64,000 nucleotides of DNA from Octopus sinensis (Eukaryota). The notes under the pieces are model-generated. The model saw only the letters and a program-made list of their open reading frames with translations. It did not search any database and was not told the DNA's origin. The translations under genes and the position numbers were made by a program. Positions 38,236 through 51,354 of the stretch are shown here, in pieces. The stretch's first letter is position 1, and every line of letters starts with the position of its first letter. The stretch lies in NCBI RefSeq assembly GCF_006345805.1, contig NC_043008.1, positions 62,744,001 through 62,808,000 on the forward strand, given 5' to 3'.

Positions 38236-38702
38236 TTAAAGACAAATTTTTTTTCTATTTATGAGTTGAGGCACTTAAATCCATTTTGCTGACAAAGTTT
38301 TGCATATAAATTAAATCACATATGAATTAAATGAATTTATAAGGCTGGTATTTGGAGAATTAATTAACTTGAAATTCTTACGGAAGGTTTGAATTCATTT
38401 TAATGCAAGAACTTTGTATCACAGAACAAGAGGCAGTCTCAGGTGTGTTGATAATCTCATTAATTGGTAGATGGTCTTTTCTGGCATCTATTTTACATTA
38501 CAGATTTCGTCTCTACAGGATTTGTGTGTTGACCAGCTAACTAGATGGCATCAGTAATGGAATATTATTAACTTGAGGTCTTTTGATACAAGACAGACAA
38601 GTGAAATATCGTTATCAACAATAATATTAATTATTAACTCTCCTGGCAATAACTGCAAAACATCACATCCAAATTAATTAATTATAGGCTTTAATTATAT
38701 AG

Positions 38703-39655
38703 TTATATATATAAAACTGTAGCTGTGTGAGTGTCTGTCTCCTACGATTTAGATTCCTAACTACTCCCACATTTTGCGGTGCAGTTTAACTAAATTCGGG
38801 TATCTTATAGTCGTGATTCATATCGAGCCCGTCTGGCTATTAGCGCGCGTCTACGATGAGTCTACGATTTTAAAAATAATTTAACATCATTTTTTATTCC
38901 ATTTTAATGCATAATTTTTCGTGTGTCGATGGCGGCGGAGTTGGCGTCCACACTCAAACACCTGCACCTGTTTGCTTCTCCCCCTTCTTCCCTCCCTCGT
39001 GAAGCTGTGGGGCAGGGAGTGTAAGGAAATCAACGTCGTAAAGCGTTGTCAAGGAGACCAGCGTTCTTTTAGAACAACGACTTCATGGCTTGAAGACACT
39101 GAGTCAACGATTTAAAAAAAAAATTATCATCATTTTTTATTCCATTTTTAATGCATTTTTTGCTATAACTCTCTAAAAATGCTTATATAGGCGCAGGAGT
39201 GGCTCTGTGGTAAGTAGCTTGCTAACCAACCACATGGTTCCGGGTTCAGTCCCACTGCGTGGCATCTTGGGCAAGTGTCTTCTGCTATAGCCCCGGGCCG
39301 ACCAATGCCTTATGAGTGGATTTGGTAGACGGAAACTGAAAGAAGCCTGTCGTATATATGTGTATATATATGTATGTGTGTTTGTTTGTGTGTCTGTGTT
39401 TGTCCCCCTAGCATTGCTTGACAACCGATGCTGGTGTGTTTATGTCCCCGTTACTTAGCGGTTCGGCAAAAGAGACCGATAGCATAAGTACTGGGCTTAC
39501 AAAAAAAGAATAAGTCCCGGGGTCGAGTCGCTCGACTAAAGGCGGTGCTCCAGCATGGCCGCAGTCAAAGGACTGAAACAAGTAAAAGAGTAAAAGAGTA
39601 AAAGAGTATAGTTATTTCCCTTACAAACCCGAGCAACACCAGGCGATACTGCTAG
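38703..39655 (+). mobile_element. Non-autonomous Helitron carrying a SINE A insertion
   Basis: 5' tatatatataaaactgtagc; 3' hairpin cccgagcaacaccagg then CTAG|t; same 3' end as 8290-8676. Confidence 0.8.
39191..39606 (+). mobile_element. SINE family A, full length, TSD tatag
   Basis: TSD at 39186-39190 and 39607-39611. Confidence 0.9.
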
Positions 39656-40141
39656 TAGTTATATAAATAATGATGTTTGTAATCAACAAAAGATAAGTTG
39701 AATACAATTAAATCATGAAATATATGTGAAATCAATTCGATTCTGTTCTTTTATTCTAAATAAGTTGCTCTACTATATCATAGTAGCCAATTCTCTACAT
39801 ATATATATGCAAGTTTGTCCCACCTGAGCTCATAGCATTGTAATTAATAGTGCACCGAAGTTGGATGAGATGCTATTAACTGGATTTTTATTTACTCTAA
39901 ATGTATATTTTAACGTTTATACAACAATTCTCTCTCTCTCTTTCTTTCTCTCACTCACTCTCTCTCTCACTCTCTCTCTCTCTTTATATATATATTTATA
40001 TAAACAATATGGATGGCTAATTCACAATTTAACAGCCTAAAGGATAAAATATAAACATCACTAAAGTGACAAAGGGCACACACACACACATATATATATA
40101 TATATACATATATATGTCACGATATATATACTAGTGACGTG

Positions 40142-40229
<88 letters not shown>

Positions 40230-40279
40230 CATATATATGTCACGATATATATACTGGTGACGTGTATGTATATATATAT

Positions 40280-40469
40280 ATTGATAGAAATGGTAAGACA
40301 ACAAAAGAATGAAAGGGACCTCGATATTATGTAAATAGAGGAATTTATCTGTAAATGTAATATGTGACAATTATTCGGTAGCCAAGATAAAACTCTGAGT
40401 TTTGGATGTCGAGGTGGAATCCACGCCACCATCTCTTCAGTTATCTGAATAATTGTCACATATTATAGT

Positions 40470-40470
<1 letters not shown>
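40280..40470 (-). mobile_element. Penelope-like element (family of 12156) with G12-mutated HHR
   Basis: Minus 40446-40385: agataa-CTGAAGA-gatg..catcc-AAAA-ctcagag-TT-ttatct; short inversion at 40447-40466. Confidence 0.7.
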
Positions 40471-40512
<42 letters not shown>

Positions 40513-41173
40513 GAGGCAGACAGTCAGACGGACAGACAGATAACATAGATAGTTCAAGAGAGGAATATTAAATTACAATGCAAAGTAGAAATATTCTTTT
40601 GATTTTCTTACTGCTAAGGAAGAAGGCTTGTATTTAAAGTGATAGCTCTTGGGACAACAAGCCTCTAAAGAGATGAATTAACTGTGATATGAAAGCTAAA
40701 TAAGGTTTCACTAATCATTATATCAAGGTAGTATTCAATTAGCTTTCCCTAACCTTGTTAACAGCTGATTTTCATGAACATACAACAGAAATAACTTAAA
40801 CATCTATGTAACTTTGCATCAACTGCACATTGATTATGTGCCTAAAATTTCAGAAAATATTTGTAAAATGTCAAATAATTTTGCCATTTCCTTTCTTTAA
40901 ATACATTTTGTCTAAACTTTATAGAATGGTTTGTAAATATGAACATTTCATTAAATGTTGGGAGGGAAAAATAGAAAGAAAACAAATGTGTGTGAAAATC
41001 TTGATTTTGATAAAATTAGAAATCTAAATTGGAAAATTTTGTACATGCAAAAATTAAGAAAATTAAAAGCAAAATAGTTTAAAAGTTATTCATACATATA
41101 TACACAAACTCATGCATATTCTCACACTATCTTACTTGTATACACAAATATATATATATGCAAATGTGTGTGC

Positions 41174-41237
<64 letters not shown>

Positions 41238-41520
41238 ATATAAACATACACACAAACACACATATACCAGAAGCGCAGGCATGAGCGTATGTGCACACAG
41301 GAATATATACATAGCACACGTCCACACACCCACATTTGTAGCATATCCATTATACATACCTAAGTATATATGAATAATAGACATACTGAAACATATATAT
41401 TAATATTCATAGGTATACTTTGAAATACGAATATGCACACATATACCATATATGCATCTGTATATACATATGCAGATAGACATGTATATATATATGTATG
41501 TATATATATATATATTTATA

Positions 41521-41572
<52 letters not shown>

Positions 41573-42614
41573 TACATGTGTATGTATATGTAGACATATA
41601 TATGGTGTGTGTGGGTGGGTGGGTGTATGTATGTATATACGCACATACACACACACACACATATGTATATATGTATTCAGGAAATAGGAAGATAGAGAAT
41701 TCTTTCTATTTTGAATAGATGTCATAATATATTTATATGCATATGCAATTGTAAATAACACATACAAAAGACATATAACCACTCCACACCAGCCCACTCC
41801 CCCACGTGCATGCACACATGTGCACACATACACACACACATACTCACACTCACGTGCATGCATGCACATAAATGTACATTCCATCTGAAAACATATTTCA
41901 ACTTTTATTGACTATAAATATTGACTATTTTAAGAATATTAGCAGGATTATATGTAATTGAAATAACTTAAAACATTTTATGCCATTTTATTATCATTTT
42001 AAAGAATTTCTTTAAAATTCTTTTTTTTTTTCAAACGAACCAGAATATTCAACCAAAATACATACTATAGTTTCATTACTATGTCTATATTGTACATTAA
42101 AATGTATTGCTATGCAAATTGAATGAATGAACAGTCTAAGATTTAAGTTCACTTATTTTGACTGGGTATAGAATTGATGCAGGGAAACTTATTTGGAAGT
42201 CGTATATTCTTTAGATGTAAAAGAATAGACTGTTAATAGAATAAGTTATTTATCCCATGAGCTACTACAGTGAAGAACAAATTGCTTTGACTATGTTGAA
42301 AGAGAAGTTAAGATGATCACCGCATTAACACCTTTGATGTTAGATCTGCTTATGTACCATTGATATAACAACATCAACGACTATAACAAATACAACCCTT
42401 AACAATTGTTTATGACTGTAATTATAGTTCTTTTATGATATTTATTGGAGATCTTCTCGGTTAAATCGTAAACAGCAGCTTGGTTATAATTTTCAGAAGG
42501 GAAACCTTCCTTTGGTAGAGTAAAATTATTTTTCCAGACATTTGCATGACAAAATCCCAGAGAAAATAGCACAAAAAATTTTTTTGAAAGAGAAAATATA
42601 TTTTTGGCATTACT

Positions 42615-42828
42615 CTACCCTTTACTCTCTCTTTTACTCATTTACTTGTTCCAGTCGTTTGACTGTGGCCATGCTGGAGCACTGCCTTTAGTCAAGCAAA
42701 TCGATCCCAGGACTTATTCTTTGTAAGCCTAGTACTTATTCTATCAGTCTCTCTTTTGCTGAACCGCTAATTTACAGGGATGTAAACACAGCAGCATCAG
42801 TTGTCAAGTGATGTTGAGCGGACAAACA
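42615..42828 (-). mobile_element. SINE family A, 3' half
   Basis: Tail and body present; breaks at ggacaaac. Confidence 0.8.
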
Positions 42829-43015
42829 TCCCATGTCTTCCTGGTTCTCCCTCTTCCACAGGTTCCTTTCATTGTTAGGGAGGGACACTTCTTCATACAC
42901 CTCTCCTCATCTATATGCAGCACATGACCATACCAGCGCAGTCGTCTCCCTTGATGCTCCTTAAGTCCAGCATTTGTTTCAGAGCACATACACTCTGTCA
43001 TGTGTGCACACTGAC
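42829..43015 (-). pseudogene. RTE LINE fragment
   Basis: RRLRWYGHVLHIDEERCMKKC..GTCGRGRTRKTWD; same family as 34500-35400. Confidence 0.85.
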
Positions 43016-43059
43016 ATTATACACACACACACACACACATATATATATGCACGTGTGTG

Positions 43060-43270
43060 TATTTTTATGTTTGTCCACCACCACCACTTGACAACTGGTA
43101 TGGTGTGTTTATGTCCCTATCACTCAGCTGTGTGGCAAAAGAGACTGATAGAATAAGTAGCAAGCTATACGAAAAATAATAAGTAATGGAGTTGATTTAT
43201 TCATGAGAAATTCTTCAAAGAAGTGCCACAGCATGGCCGCAGTCTAGTGAATGAAACAAGTGAAAGGACA
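43060..43270 (+). mobile_element. SINE family A, 3' half, diverged
   Basis: cttgacaactgg..gcaaaagagactgatagaataag..gcatggccgcagtc. Confidence 0.7.
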
Positions 43271-43376
43271 AAAAAAAAAACAATAAAAGATGTCACCTTA
43301 GAGAGTAAGTTCTATTCCTAAATTAATCTGGCTTCTCTTGCAGCAATACTAAAGAATCATATTTTATAAACATATA

Positions 43377-45200
43377 CAGGGTGGCACATGAAAAAGTAGC
43401 CTGGGTACTGTAGTGTAATGTAAATCCCGAAATAAATTTGACAAAGCACCCAGCCTTTAATTTGCTAGTGTCGTTGCGTTATTTTGACCACTTGTAATCA
43501 CTGAACAAACATGGCACACTATCAAACTGTTTGCTGCGTTATCCTCTCTGCATCTTCACCACATTGGTTGAATGTAAGATTGCATTGTGTGATTGAGTGA
43601 ACATTTCTGGCTTTTGTGCCAGATAACACAGTCAGTCAGTAATGGAAAGAGTGGAGATTGTGGAAGCAAATGAGAGAATGGCTTCTGTTAAGCAAACGTA
43701 TGAAATGTTTGAAGTAATTTTTCTGCATAAAAGTTTACTGACAAAGACAACAATACAAATGTTGGTTAAGAAGTGGTGCACTATGATGTCAGTGCACAAT
43801 GCCACCAGAGAAAGAGATCCTACAGTTTGAATGCCAGCAGTTATTCAGGACGTTCACCAAAGACTTACTTTGAAGTCCAAAGAAGTCAACATGTAAAATG
43901 GCTCAGCAGTCTCACATAAGCAGATCTTGTCATTGGACGAGGAAAAGTCTAAAGGTGAAGCCACATCATTTCACATATGTACAGCAATTAAAAGTGAATA
44001 ACAAGAGCAAAAGAGTAAATTACTGCATATGGTTTCTGAATAGCATTGCTAATTGTGACTATATCCATTCCAGTACATAATGAGTGATGAGGCATGGTGT
44101 CATCTCTCTGGCCACGTAAATTTACAAAACACATGATACTGGGCAGTGGAGAATCCTCACCTTGTGTATGAGTTGCCACTCCACAATAAAAAACAAAAAT
44201 CAGTGTTTGGTGGGCTGGTTCAGGGACATGCACCATTTGACTGTTACTTTTTGACGGTATTGTCAACACAGTGACAATACTGTCAAAAAAGGCGGTGAGC
44301 TGACAGAAACGTTAGCAGGCCGGGAGAAATGCTTTGCGGTATTTCGTCCACCACTGTGTTCTGAGTTCAAATTCCGCTGAGGTCGACTTTGTCTTTCATC
44401 CTTTCGGGATGGATAAATTAAGTACCAGTCAAGCACTGGGGTTGATGTAATCAACTTAATAAGTTTGTCTATCATTGTTTAGCCCCTTGTGGGCAATAAA
44501 GAAATAAGAAATGTTAGCACGCCGGGTGAAATGCTTAGCAGTATTTCATCTGCTATTACATTCTGAGTTCAAGTTCTGCCGAGGTCAACTTTGCCTTTCA
44601 TCATTTCGGGGTTGATAGATTAAGTACCAGTTATGCACTGGGGTCGATGTAATCGACTTAATTCCTTTCTCTGTCCTTGTTTGTCCCCTCTGTGTTTAGC
44701 CCCTTGTGGGCAATAAAGAAATAAGTATTGTCAACACAGAGATCTACATGAATATTTTAGACCAATTTTGCGCTCAACACACAGATGATGAAAGGTGTGC
44801 TTTTTCCAGCAAGACGGTGACCTGCCACAGTTCTCTGATCTCTGCACAGTGAGTCCATGGCATTCTCTGAGGAATGCACAGTTAGCAAAAATTTGTGGCC
44901 ACCACATTCTCCTGATTTTTCAATGTGTGATTATTATCTCTGGTGACACTTGATGAGCATAGTGCATGAAAAAAACCTGCTCGTAATACAGGAACTGAAG
45001 TGCAATATCATACATGTGGCTACTGCCATTGATGTCATTATTTTATACCAGGTGTATTCAAACATGGTTAAATGTGCACACCTGTGTATTGATGCCATTT
45101 TCAAAATCTACAATGGGGAGTCCTTTCCAGTACATATAAATTTATTTCTGCATTTACATTATGCTACAGAAAACTGGGCTGTTTTTTGTGCATCACCCAG
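43377..45200 (+). mobile_element. Full-length decayed IS630-Tc1-mariner element (maT/DD37D-like)
   Basis: TA|CAGGGTG..CACCCAG|TA; MERVEIVEA..; SDEAWCHLSGHVN; FQQDG; LWPPHSPDFSMCDYYLW. A frameshift obscures the exact DD spacing. Confidence 0.85.
44272..44724 (+). mobile_element. Tandem SINE B dimer, 15-bp TSD
   Basis: TSD gtattgtcaacacag at 44257-44271 and 44725-44739; two head-to-tail copies. Confidence 0.9.
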
Positions 45201-45227
45201 TACTTTTTTCTTGATTAGAAAATTTCT

Positions 45228-45635
45228 CTCATTCTCTTTCTCTGTTACTTGTTTCAGTCATTTGACTGTGGCCATGCTGGAGCACCGCCTTTAGTCGAGC
45301 AAATTGACCCCAGGACTTATTCTTTGTAAGCGTAGTACTTATTCTATCGGACTCTTTTACCAAACTGCTAAGTTACAGGGATGTAAACACACCAGCATCG
45401 GTTGTCAAGTGATGTTGGAGGGACAAACACGGACAAACAAACATACACACACATACATATATATACATATATACGACGGGCTTCTTTCAGTTTCCGTATA
45501 CCAAATCCACTCACAAGGCTTTGGTCGGCCCGAGGTTATAGTAGAAGACACTTGCTAAAGGTGCGACGCAGTGGGACTGAACCCGGAACCATGTGGTTTG
45601 TAAGCAAGCTACTTACTACACATTCACTCCTACAC
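45228..45635 (-). mobile_element. SINE family A, full length
   Basis: Direct match; a further 3' fragment lies at about 45720-45860. Confidence 0.9.
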
Positions 45636-46563
45636 CTAATTTTAATTTTTTTTTATAAACCTTTTAAAGAATTCTTAATCTCTGTGGAACTCAGTTAATT
45701 TATTGATTATGATCTTTTATTGTTTACTTGTTTCAGTCACTGAACTGTGGCCATGCTGGGGCACAACTTTGAAGGGTTTAATCAAACAAATCAAATCAAG
45801 TACTAAGTTCTTTTTATAAAGTCTGATACTTATTCTATCAGTCTCCTTTTGGAAAACTACTAAGTCATGTGCCTCCACTCACGATGCATTTTCCAATCTC
45901 TTGGATGGCACCTAGCAATTGCACAAGTCCACCTTTGTCTGTGAACTTTGTGACATGTCCATCTCAGCAGAAATTGTGCTTCTGCTATTCAGTGATCAAA
46001 TTGTTCTTTCTAGTTCATTCGCAAATTACTTCATTTCAAATATTTTAGTTAGAAATCAGCTCCTTCCTGAAAAGAAGAATTTAAATCATTAAAAAAACAG
46101 TGAGAACATACTAAAATGTAGGCAACTTTATTTAGAACAGATTCAGCTCTGAGATTAACACTAAAGAACATTACGAAAAAGTGTTGGAGTTTATTTTTCT
46201 GTTAATACTGTATTTCTGTCTGTTTTTAAGATGCTAATTTGCATCCTATCTTCTCTAACATATTTTAATATTATTAGAATTGCAACCAAAATCCATTATA
46301 AATATTCAATATATGGCTTACTTTATAATCCCGATATTATTTTTTACATTAAGCATTTTTGAAATAGTCATACAGTAAATATATTTAACTCTTTAATGTA
46401 GGACATGTGAAATTTACAACTTCGATTAAAATGAGGCTGTTTATATTTGTATCATCTCCAAAAGCTGAAACTTTTTCCAGTGCTGCTGTGAGCACTACAT
46501 GATTTTCACAATAAAGAAAAATATTTCATTAATATTGTCCAAATGATGTCGATATCAAGTTCT

Positions 46564-46830
46564 CATCATCATCATCATCATTGTTCAACCGTGGTCGATA
46601 CAAGGGAATTTACCATGCTATGCCAGACTTCACGGTCCATCATAGCATTACGGAGGTCCTGTTGCTGGATGCCTGTATCCCTGGAGATTACATCAGGGTA
46701 GGAGAGTGTGTACCCTCTGATATTGCGAGTAGATGGCTTCCAGAAGAGAAGAGTAGAAATTGTCTCGTTTTCAGCTCTACAACAATGTCCAGCAAACTGG
46801 ACTTTCCTACCTTTCAAGTTCTCAAGACAC
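46564..46830 (-). pseudogene. 3' end of an RTE/RTEX-type LINE with (TGA)n tail
   Basis: RKVQFAGHCCRAENETISTLLFWKP..SYPDVISRDTG..DLRNAMMDREVW..*. Confidence 0.85.
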
Positions 46831-47339
46831 TTAAGGTTTGTCCCTAGAGCCACTGCCAAACCCCTACAAAAACTGAGTGCATATCACACAACATCGAGAC
46901 ACGTTTTTATCTTTTTCCCTCCAACGTTGCTTCTTAATTCAACATTATTGTGAAAGAAATTGAAATTGCCCAGGAACCGACACCTGAATATGTCTAACCA
47001 AACAATTTCAATTCCCACCTGAGTGGGCTATTGCGTACTAAAATAAGACTTAAAATATTACTTCAGGTGGTTCTGCTTAGTTAGACATGGCATCAGTCAT
47101 AATGGTCAAACTCTCTCTAAGCTTTGTAAGCATACTAAGGCCTTGTGCCTATAATAGAAAGTATTATGTAAGCTATTTAAGTTAAATCAACATTTAAATC
47201 TGTTAATCCTTTGTACTTAGAATCTAAGAACTAATCCACAAGTCTTTTCAGCAAATCCTTTACAAATTATGCTCTCAGTTGCCAGCTGTTCCCATATGCT
47301 TTATAAATAAAATATTTGTTCTTTTTTTTTTCTATTTTT

Positions 47340-47627
47340 TCTTTTACTTTTTTCAGTTATTTGACTGCTGCCATGCTGGAGCATTGCTTTTAGTTAAACT
47401 AATCAACTCTCAGGACTTATTCTTTGTAAGCCTAAAACTTATTCTATTGGTCTCTTTTGCTGAACTGCTAAGTTACAGGGATGTAAATACACCAACATCA
47501 GTTGTCAAGCAATGGTGGAGGAACAAACACAGACACACATACACACATGCATACATGCATACATGCATACATACATACATACATACATACATACATACAT
47601 ACATACATACATACATACATACATACG

Positions 47628-47660
<33 letters not shown>

Positions 47661-47820
47661 ACTTTGGGTATGGTAGATGAGTTCAGCAAAAATTTAGATT
47701 CAGATGAATATGGTACTTAAGTGGCAGCGCCAGAATTTAGTACGGTATTATCCATAAAATTTCAAAGTAAGGTGATTAAAATCAAAATAAGCAACAAAGA
47801 TATCCTTATTGCTTATTTTG

Positions 47821-47862
<42 letters not shown>

Positions 47863-48008
47863 AGGCTTCTCTCAGTTTCTGTCTACCAAATCCACTCACT
47901 AGGTTTTGGTTGGCCCGAGGCTAGAGTAGAAGAGACTTGCCCAAAGTGTCACGCAGTGGGACTGAACCCAGAACCATGCAGTTGGGAAGCAATCTTCTTA
48001 CCACACAG
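47340..48008 (-). mobile_element. SINE family A interrupted in its internal microsatellite
   Basis: 3' half 47340-47650, foreign segment about 47660-47825 with a 17-bp-arm hairpin, 5' half about 47855-48008. Confidence 0.75.
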
Positions 48009-48044
48009 TAAAAATTTATTCTTCTCTTACTTATAGATTTCAAA

Positions 48045-48240
48045 TTTAGCACAAGGCCAGCAATTTCGGAGGGGGGGTAAGTCAATTACATCAACCCCAG
48101 TGTACAACTGGTAAATATTTCATCAACCCCCAAATGGAGGAAAAGCAAAGTTGACTTTGCTGGCATTTGAACTCAGAACATAAAGAGCAGACGAAATGCC
48201 AGTAAGCATTTTGCCCAGTGTGCTAACAATGCCACTATCT
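48045..48240 (-). mobile_element. SINE family B, degraded
   Basis: Core and head recognisable. Confidence 0.75.
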
Positions 48241-48302
48241 TGCTACATTCTTCTTCTTTCCTTAAATATTGGCATGACATTTAGTGAATTAGAGTCTCTC
48301 TT

Positions 48303-48712
<410 letters not shown>

Positions 48713-49434
48713 TAAGAAGCAGATTATAAAAATTTGACTTTGTATACCTCATAATGTTTAATAGCAGAAAGTTGTCATTACAGCTTTTCTCTAACAAGAA
48801 ATCTTGTTCAGATTTCTGAAATATTCTGAATGTCAATTGCTTAAAACAAATGAGATAAATATGATGAGTCGTTAAATTTTTGCTCAGTTGTCAACTATGT
48901 CTTCAGTTTATCTGTATACATAAGTATGCCAGGAAATTAAATATTATGTCTTAGAGTTACTTCAATTTTACTCATAAATTTTTGTTTGCAAGATGTTTAC
49001 CTTGTTTCCAACTGACATCTCTGTCACTGAAGTTTGATGACAAATATTGTCAGAAACAAATTATGCTGGCAAAATCTAAACGACTTAAGTATATAGATAA
49101 ATAAATCAGTAGAAATATTTTAAACAATGGCTTTTCTAATGAACTGGACCAGAATATTCCAAACTTTTTCGTAGTAATTCTAACAAATTTCTTGATACTG
49201 GTTATTTTTTATGTATACTGACAGCAATAGAGTTTTTGCAGTATTAAAGGAGGTGATGTGGTTAATGCATAGATGGAGATTCAAAGAGAAGATGAACATT
49301 TTATAGCTTCTTAAATCTAAAACCATTTTTCTTTCACCTTATATAATATCAGACTCTTAAGAAAAATATTTAGAATACATGTTGTTAATTTGTAATAAAT
49401 GATGGCTGTCGTTGTGATGTCTCATACAAATACT

Positions 49435-49638
49435 TCAGCATGTTGATGAAACTACAATGAAAGCCTTTCTGATTAAGGGTAATATCCTCCCATTGGTTGA
49501 AGCCATAGCATTGCTTAGTTCTGGCTTTCTCATTGTGTTATCTTCAGAAAGATATTGTGGTGATCTGATATTACTTTCCCTAACTGGTTGGTTATTGGTC
49601 CGTCCTTTGACAGGTTTTGCTTTTAGTCCTGCTGAGAG
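49435..49638 (-). other. 67-codon open frame, possible exon (..KAKPVKGRTNNQPVRESNIRSPQYLSEDNTMRKPELSN..)
   Basis: Unique higher-GC sequence; possible ctctcag/cagcag acceptor; no recognised homology. Confidence 0.2.
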
Positions 49639-49779
49639 TCAGGATACTCTCCTCACAAGTGGAGCAAGCTACTCAAGTGGAGGTGGGGCAGTTTAGTCAC
49701 TGACAACTCAACCAATGAACACGCAGTACTGGTTTACATAGCAGCAGTAACAAGTTTCATCAGCCCGTGATGCGATCCC

Positions 49780-50478
49780 GACCTGCAGATTTAAAAAATA
49801 ATTTTTTGTAACTAAACACTTTCAAACTTCGTATAGTGGTAGAATGTGTCATATAAAATACCTTATACTCTTAGCGTTTTTGAGAAGAGTTTATGTTTAT
49901 AAAGTTATTTCATGTTGAAGTTCACATATTTCGGTAATTTCAACCAATCAATGACATGTATTCAGCTGAATAAAATTACTGCTGTTGTTTGTCGACAAGA
50001 ACTTCCAGCGGTGTATATTTCGTTTGTCACTGTTATTTATTACGACTCTAACTATAAAACCCCAGCCCTAACCTTAAAACCTTAATACTAACCCTAAAAC
50101 CCTAACCCTAACCCTAAAACCTTAAAGCTAAAACCTGTACAAATGCACGAACGATGTCATAAATAACAGTGACAAACGAAAAATATATGGCCAATAGTTG
50201 TTGTTGACAAACAATTGCAATAACTATACAGCTGAATACACGTCATTGATTGGTTGAAATTACTGAAATGTGGTGCTCCAGCATGACCACAGTCCAGTGA
50301 CTGAAACTAGTAAAGGGGGTAAAGGAAAATACAAGAACTTTAACATGAAATAACTTCGTAAATATAAATTTTTCTCAAAAATGATAGGAGTAAAAGATGC
50401 TTTATATGACACATTCTACCAGTATACGAAATTTAAAAGTGTTTAGTTACAAAAAATTATTTTTAAAATCTGTAGGTC
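49780..50478. mobile_element. Fold-back MITE, ~270-bp TIRs, central telomere-like repeats
   Basis: gacctgcagattt..gtcactgttattta is inverted on the right; centre 50058-50135 is (CCCTAA/CCTAAAA)n; SINE A tail inserted at 50273-50334. Confidence 0.85.
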
Positions 50479-50754
50479 AAAAGGTAAAGATTCCAGTATC
50501 ATGTTATGATTCTTGCATGCTTGCTTGCTGGAGAGGAAAATATGTGCTGGAATGGACTTGTGATATAAATGAATATTGATAATTCTGAGGAAAGTATTAC
50601 TTGCTGATAATGACAGGTACGGAACAGTAGCAAGAGATGCTTAAGAATATAGAACACTATATATATGAAGATATATTACCAGAGATTATGATACAGGAAG
50701 GATAGTAACATTCAAAACTAATGACCCACGAAATATATTCTAATTGGATTGGAA

Positions 50755-51134
50755 GCACTCCGTCGGTTACGACGACGAGGATTCTGGTTGATCCGAATCA
50801 ACGGAACAGCCTGCTTGTGAAATTAACGTGTAAGTGGCTGAGCACTCCACAGACACGTGTACCCTTAACGTAGTTCTCGGGGATATTCAGCATGACACAG
50901 AGAGTGACAAGGCCGGCCCTTTGAAATACAGGTACAACAGAAACAGGAAGTAAGAGTGAGAGAAAGTTGTGGTGAAAGAGTACAGCAGGGATCACCACCA
51001 TCCCCTGCTGGAGCCTCGTGGAGCTTTAGGTGTTTTCGCTCAATAAACACTCACAACGCCCGGTCTGGGAATCGAAACCGCAATCCTATGACCACGAGTC
51101 CGCTGCCCTAACCACTGGGTCATTGCGCCTCCAC
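50755..51134 (-). mobile_element. SINE family D head with an alternative long tail
   Basis: Head as 8960 and 17028; tail ..gggtacacgtgtctgtggagtgctcagccact..cgtaaccgacggagtgc on minus. Confidence 0.85.
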
Positions 51135-51354
51135 TATATTCTAATATAATAGATGCTAAAATAATGGTGATGTAAGCATTGAATATCTACAGGTTTAATC
51201 ATTAGTTTAATAAAATCTCTCTGCAAATATAGCTTATCCATTCAACTACAATGAAATAATTTAGAGTCAGTCTTAAGACGTAGTATCCAAACAGACTGTA
51301 GTGACTAGCTTTAGGTAAAGCTTGGCAAAAATATCATTGCTTCATGTTTCAATA

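Noticed and set aside
45870-46000. Mariner C-terminal trace on minus
   Set aside because: Similarity is limited to a few residues.
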